A DNA stretch of 64,000 nt. It comes from Sphingomonas sp. (GTDB lineage Bacteria; Pseudomonadota; Alphaproteobacteria; Sphingomonadales; Sphingomonadaceae). Shown here in pieces: positions 60,197 to 64,000 of the stretch (the stretch's first letter is position 1; every line of letters begins with the position of its first letter). The DNA lies in NCBI RefSeq assembly GCF_965200105.1, contig NZ_CBDATN010000003.1, forward strand, positions 225,863 to 289,862. The letters run 5' to 3'. The notes beneath the pieces were generated by a model. That model was given only the letters and a program-made list of their open reading frames with translations. It ran no database searches and was not told the origin of the DNA. The position numbers were made by a program, and so were the translations under genes.

Positions 60197-60294
60197 GCCG
60201 GTTCCGCCCGCGCCGCAAAGCTGCCCCATTGCGGCGTCATGAACGCGTCACATATGGCACGCTCCGAAGAGCCCCTTGCAGGACACGAGCACCC

Positions 60295-61050
60295 GTGAAC
60301 AGCGCCACCGCCCGCACCGGCTTCTGGTCCCAGTCACACCATCTCGATCGCATGACGCTGCGCGAGCTGGCGGTCGCCTATCTCCAGTACCCTGCCATCA
60401 TCCTCTATCTTGGCCTGGCGGCGGCGGGCGCGGGGCTTTGGTTCGTCTTTCCCGCGACGATCGGGCGCAGCCTGCTTGCGATCGCGACCGCCGTGCTGCT
60501 GTTCCCGGTCGTATGGTACGGGCTGCACCGCTGGGTGCTGCACTCGCGCTGGATGTGGAAGGTGAGCTTCCTCGCCGCGACATGGAAGCGCATCCACTAT
60601 GATCACCACCAGGATCCCAATCACCTGGAGGTGCTGTTCGGTTCGCCCGCGAACGTGATCCCGACCGTTATGGTGGCCACGATCCCGGTCGGCTACGCGA
60701 TCGGCGGCGTGGGCGGTGCGGCGGCGGCGTTCGCCACCGGCATGGTGCAGACCTGCGTCAACGAGTTCTTCCACTGCATCCAGCACCTCTCCTACAAGCC
60801 GAAGAACAGGTGGCTGGCGCACATCAAGACGCGCCACATGGAGCATCACTTCCACGACGAGACCGGCAATTTCGGCATCACCAACTACTGGTGGGATCAT
60901 CTGCTCGGCACCTACTATGCCCGCGTGGCGGGGCGGCCGAAGAGCCCGACCGTGTTCAACCTTGGCTACACCGACGAGGTGGCGCGCGATCACCCCCGCG
61001 TACGCGAGCTGTCCGCCGCCACCACCGCGCGCGGGCGCCCACGCGGCTAG
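60295..61050 (+). CDS. Sterol desaturase/fatty-acid hydroxylase family protein
   Basis: His boxes LHRWVLH, IHYDHH, FFHCIQH and HMEHH; GTG start. Confidence 0.88.
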   Translation: MNSATARTGFWSQSHHLDRMTLRELAVAYLQYPAIILYLGLAAAGAGLWFVFPATIGRSLLAIATAVLLFPVVWYGLHRWVLHSRWMWKVSFLAATWKRIHYDHHQDPNHLEVLFGSPANVIPTVMVATIPVGYAIGGVGGAAAAFATGMVQTCVNEFFHCIQHLSYKPKNRWLAHIKTRHMEHHFHDETGNFGITNYWWDHLLGTYYARVAGRPKSPTVFNLGYTDEVARDHPRVRELSAATTARGRPRG

Positions 61051-61115
61051 CCTGTTTTTCACTTAACCGCCTGCCCGCGCTCGCCTAAGGGCGTCGGAGT
61101 GGCGGGGAACGGGGC

Positions 61116-62285
61116 ATGGCGGACGCGGTTCAGATCGTCGAAATCGACGGCAAGGCGGAGCGCAAACGCTTCGTCGAGGTGCAGTTCGCGCGCAACCGCG
61201 ACGATCCGCACTGGGTGCCGCCGCTCAAGGCCGACGCGCTGGAACTGCTCACCCCCGGCAAGAACCCCTGGTACGAGCATGGCCACGGCGTGCTGTTCAT
61301 CGCGACGCGCGGCGGCCGCGACGTCGGCCGCATCTCCGCGCATATCGACCATCTCTGGCTCGACATGCCCGCCGAACAGGGTGGCGGCCGCGACATCGGC
61401 AATTGGGGCCTGTTCGAGGCGGAGGACGAGGCGGTCGCCCAGGCGCTGATCGCCCGCGCCGAGGAATGGCTGCGCGGGCAAGGCATGGCGCGCGCGGTCG
61501 GCCCGATCTCCATCTCGATCTGGGACGAGCCCGGCCTGCTGATCCACGGCCACGATCATCCGGCGACCGTCATGATGGGCCATCACCGGTCCGAGTATGA
61601 AGCGTGGATCGAGCGCGCGGGCTACGCCAAGGCCAAGGATCTGCGCACCTGGGAGCTCGACATCACGAGGAGCTTCCCGCCGCTCGTCCAGCGCATCGTG
61701 CAATCGGGGGAGCGCAATCCGCGCATCGTCGTGCGCCGCGTCGACAAGAAGCGCTTCGCCGAGGAGGCGGCGCTGATCCTCTCCATCCTCAACGATGCCT
61801 GGTCGGGCAACTGGGGCTTCCTGCCGATCACCGAGAGCGAGATCGCCTATGTCGGCAAGAAGCTGAAGCCGATCGTCTTCGAGGATCTCATCCGCATCGC
61901 CGAGGTGGATGGCGAACCCGTCGCCTTCATGATGACGTGGCCGGACCTGAACGAGATGCAGCGCGACCTGAACGGCGAGCTGTTCCCGTTCGGCTTCGTG
62001 AAGCTCCTGTGGCGGCTGAACGGCGGGCTCTCGGGCTACCCCAAGGTGCGGACCATGCGGGTGCCGCTGATGGGCGTGAAGAAGAAGCTCCAGACGACGC
62101 GGCTCGCTTCGCAGCTCGCCTTCATGATGATCGAGTATATTCGCCGGGATTCGGTGGCCAAGTTCCACGCCTCGCGAGGCGAGATCGGCTGGATCCTGGA
62201 GGATAACCAGGGGATGAACTCGATCGCCGAGACCATCGATAGCCGGATCAACCGCATTTACCGCATCTACGGCAAGGCGATCTAG
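61116..62285 (+). CDS. GNAT-like protein, probable bacterial ceramide synthase (bCerS-like)
   Basis: DPHWVPPL, VGRISA, WGLFEA, AWSGNWGF and WILEDN..M pattern; lies in the spt neighbourhood. Confidence 0.75.
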   Translation: MADAVQIVEIDGKAERKRFVEVQFARNRDDPHWVPPLKADALELLTPGKNPWYEHGHGVLFIATRGGRDVGRISAHIDHLWLDMPAEQGGGRDIGNWGLFEAEDEAVAQALIARAEEWLRGQGMARAVGPISISIWDEPGLLIHGHDHPATVMMGHHRSEYEAWIERAGYAKAKDLRTWELDITRSFPPLVQRIVQSGERNPRIVVRRVDKKRFAEEAALILSILNDAWSGNWGFLPITESEIAYVGKKLKPIVFEDLIRIAEVDGEPVAFMMTWPDLNEMQRDLNGELFPFGFVKLLWRLNGGLSGYPKVRTMRVPLMGVKKKLQTTRLASQLAFMMIEYIRRDSVAKFHASRGEIGWILEDNQGMNSIAETIDSRINRIYRIYGKAI

Positions 62286-64000
62286 CGCCTGAGGCTGTAG
62301 GCGGGCACCGTCACCGCCAGCGGATCGCGCGCCACGCGGTGCGCGATGGCGGCGGCGACGACGAGCAGGAGCACCGCCGCCACCAAAGCGCGCCCCGCCA
62401 CCTCGCGCTCGATCCGCGCGATCGGCCAGAAGGCGGCGAATACCGGCAGCGCGAACGGCACCAGCGCCGCCGGATAGGGCGCGCCGAGCCCCAGGAAGAC
62501 GAGGTGCGCGAGCCCGAGCAGCGGCGCGGTCACCGCCACGGCCGCCAGCGCCGCCAGCCACGGCCTAGCGCCGACCGCCGCGACGCCCGCCAGGACGAGC
62601 GCCGGCCACGCGAACACCCACGCCGCGAGCGGCGCCGCGACCTGCACGATCGCGGCGACGAGCAGCAGCAGCGCCAGCATCCCCGTCCACTCGGCGCGGA
62701 CGGGTGACGCACGGCGGGGAAGCAGCGCCGCCGCGCCCATGCCGACGATCCCCGCCCCCAAAGCGAGCGGCGCGGGCGCACCGAGCCGCAGCGCCACGAT
62801 CGTCAGAACCGCCGCCGGCAGCGCCGCCAGCCAGTGGGTGCGCAGGCCCCGCGCCGCGAACCCGGCGAGGAGCGTCGCCACCAGCGCCAGCGCGGCCTGC
62901 CACTCCAGCCTGGGCAGCGCCGCGAGCCGATCATAATAGTTCGGATCGCCGCCCGAGCCTGACATCAGGTTGAGGATGGTGAGCAGCAGCACGGCGTGCG
63001 CCGCCGTCCAGGCGAGCCCGCCCACGCCGCCCGCCAGCGCCGCGAGCGACGGCCTCGTCCTCCGCCACGCGACCCCGAGCAGCGCGGCCGCCGCGAGCAG
63101 GACGAGCCAGCCGCGCCCCGCTGGATAGTGGACGAGGCGCCCGCCCGGCAGATCGAAATAGACGATGTCATGCGCGCGCGCCGGCAGCACGTCCGCGAAG
63201 GCCAGCGCCGAGGCGATGCCCAGCGCCTGTCCGCCCATGTCCTGCACCGTCGCGGGATCGAGCCGGTCGGCGGTGGCGAGCGGCGAGTGATAGTAGCGCG
63301 CGCGGCCGAGATAGGCGAAGTTCAGCCCCGCCGTCCCGCGATCGCGGGGCACCGAGAAATCGGTGTTGTTGGGCATCTTCTTGTAGAGGAATGACATCAG
63401 CGAGTTGGCGAGCGGCCGCTCGACCGATCGCGCGAACAGCCGCATCATGTCGCCGTTGCCGGTGCCCGTCTCGAACATCGTCGCGCGGCCGCCGCTGCCG
63501 CGCGATTCCAGGTTGATGACCGCGCCGGCCCGCGCGGCGAGGCCCTCGGCGGCCCAGAACGCCTTGGCGCCGTGCAGCCCGGTCTCCTCCGCGTCGGTGA
63601 ACAGCGCCACGACGTCGCGCGCCGGCACGCCCCGCGCCCGGATCGCGCGCACGATCTCCAGGATCGCGGCGCACCCCGCGCTGTCGTCGGCGGCGCCGGG
63701 CGAGCCCCACACGGTGTCGTGATGCGCCATCAGGATGAGCGGCGGCTTGGCGCGGTCGCGGCCCGGCAGCACGCCGGTCACGTCGGTGATCTCGACGGGC
63801 ACGACCGCCCCGCCGCTCCAGTCGCGGAGCTTGGCCGCGGTCGCCTCGTCGGCGAGATAGTGGCGCAGCTCGGCGCGCAGGCCGATCTGCTGGAGCCGGC
63901 GCGCGAGTGCAGCGGCAACCTCGTCGTCGGCGGTGGTGCCGGCAGGATGCGGCCGCATCCCGATCGCACGCACGTCGAGCATCGCGCGCGCCGCGGAGAA
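62282..64000 (-). CDS. M28-family peptidase with C-terminal membrane domain (5' end outside the window)
   Basis: MAHHDTV..SPGAADD, FTDAEE.GL.GA, NLESRGSGG, YYHSP. The frame is open to the window edge. Confidence 0.85.
   Translation of the reverse strand, partial: FSAARAMLDVRAIGMRPHPAGTTADDEVAAALARRLQQIGLRAELRHYLADEATAAKLRDWSGGAVVPVEITDVTGVLPGRDRAKPPLILMAHHDTVWGSPGAADDSAGCAAILEIVRAIRARGVPARDVVALFTDAEETGLHGAKAFWAAEGLAARAGAVINLESRGSGGRATMFETGTGNGDMMRLFARSVERPLANSLMSFLYKKMPNNTDFSVPRDRGTAGLNFAYLGRARYYHSPLATADRLDPATVQDMGGQALGIASALAFADVLPARAHDIVYFDLPGGRLVHYPAGRGWLVLLAAAALLGVAWRRTRPSLAALAGGVGGLAWTAAHAVLLLTILNLMSGSGGDPNYYDRLAALPRLEWQAALALVATLLAGFAARGLRTHWLAALPAAVLTIVALRLGAPAPLALGAGIVGMGAAALLPRRASPVRAEWTGMLALLLLVAAIVQVAAPLAAWVFAWPALVLAGVAAVGARPWLAALAAVAVTAPLLGLAHLVFLGLGAPYPAALVPFALPVFAAFWPIARIEREVAGRALVAAVLLLVVAAAIAHRVARDPLAVTVPAYSLRR

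Overview
GC-rich alphaproteobacterial chromosome segment, very probably Sphingomonas/Sphingomonadaceae (spt closely resembles the Sphingomonas enzyme). Positions 1-21874 are the right-hand part of a lambdoid prophage with HK97-type head genes. It contains head/packaging genes, a NusG-type regulator, a replication module with an internal iteron origin, a GapR homologue, a cro/cI switch, a 4.3-kb cargo region, an early operon, xis-int, and an att site that is the 3' half of tRNA-Asn(GTT). Main observations in the prophage: (i) the repressor lacks an S24 autocleavage domain, and a perfect alphaproteobacterial LexA box (GTTC-N7-GTTC) lies just downstream, in front of a 60-aa FlbD-like gene, which is a candidate SOS-controlled antirepressor switch; (ii) one 16-bp palindromic operator occurs twice at each of the two early promoters; (iii) a complete ISL3 element (1738 bp, 23-bp IRs, 8-bp TSD CTCTTTAC) splits a 246-codon membrane-protein gene that the ORF track does not show. 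Positions 21875-64000 are host backbone: dnaE, coaBC-dut-moeB-like, topA, his genes, queG, dprA, plsY, murI, hemA, rplU-rpmA-obgE-proB, and a large sphingolipid gene neighbourhood (reductase, ACP, spt, cytidylyltransferase-like, kinase, DUF2141, LptF/G, hydroxylase, ceramide-synthase-like GNAT). Four frameshifts cluster in three adjacent genes of that neighbourhood. All family assignments come from motif recognition, not database searches.
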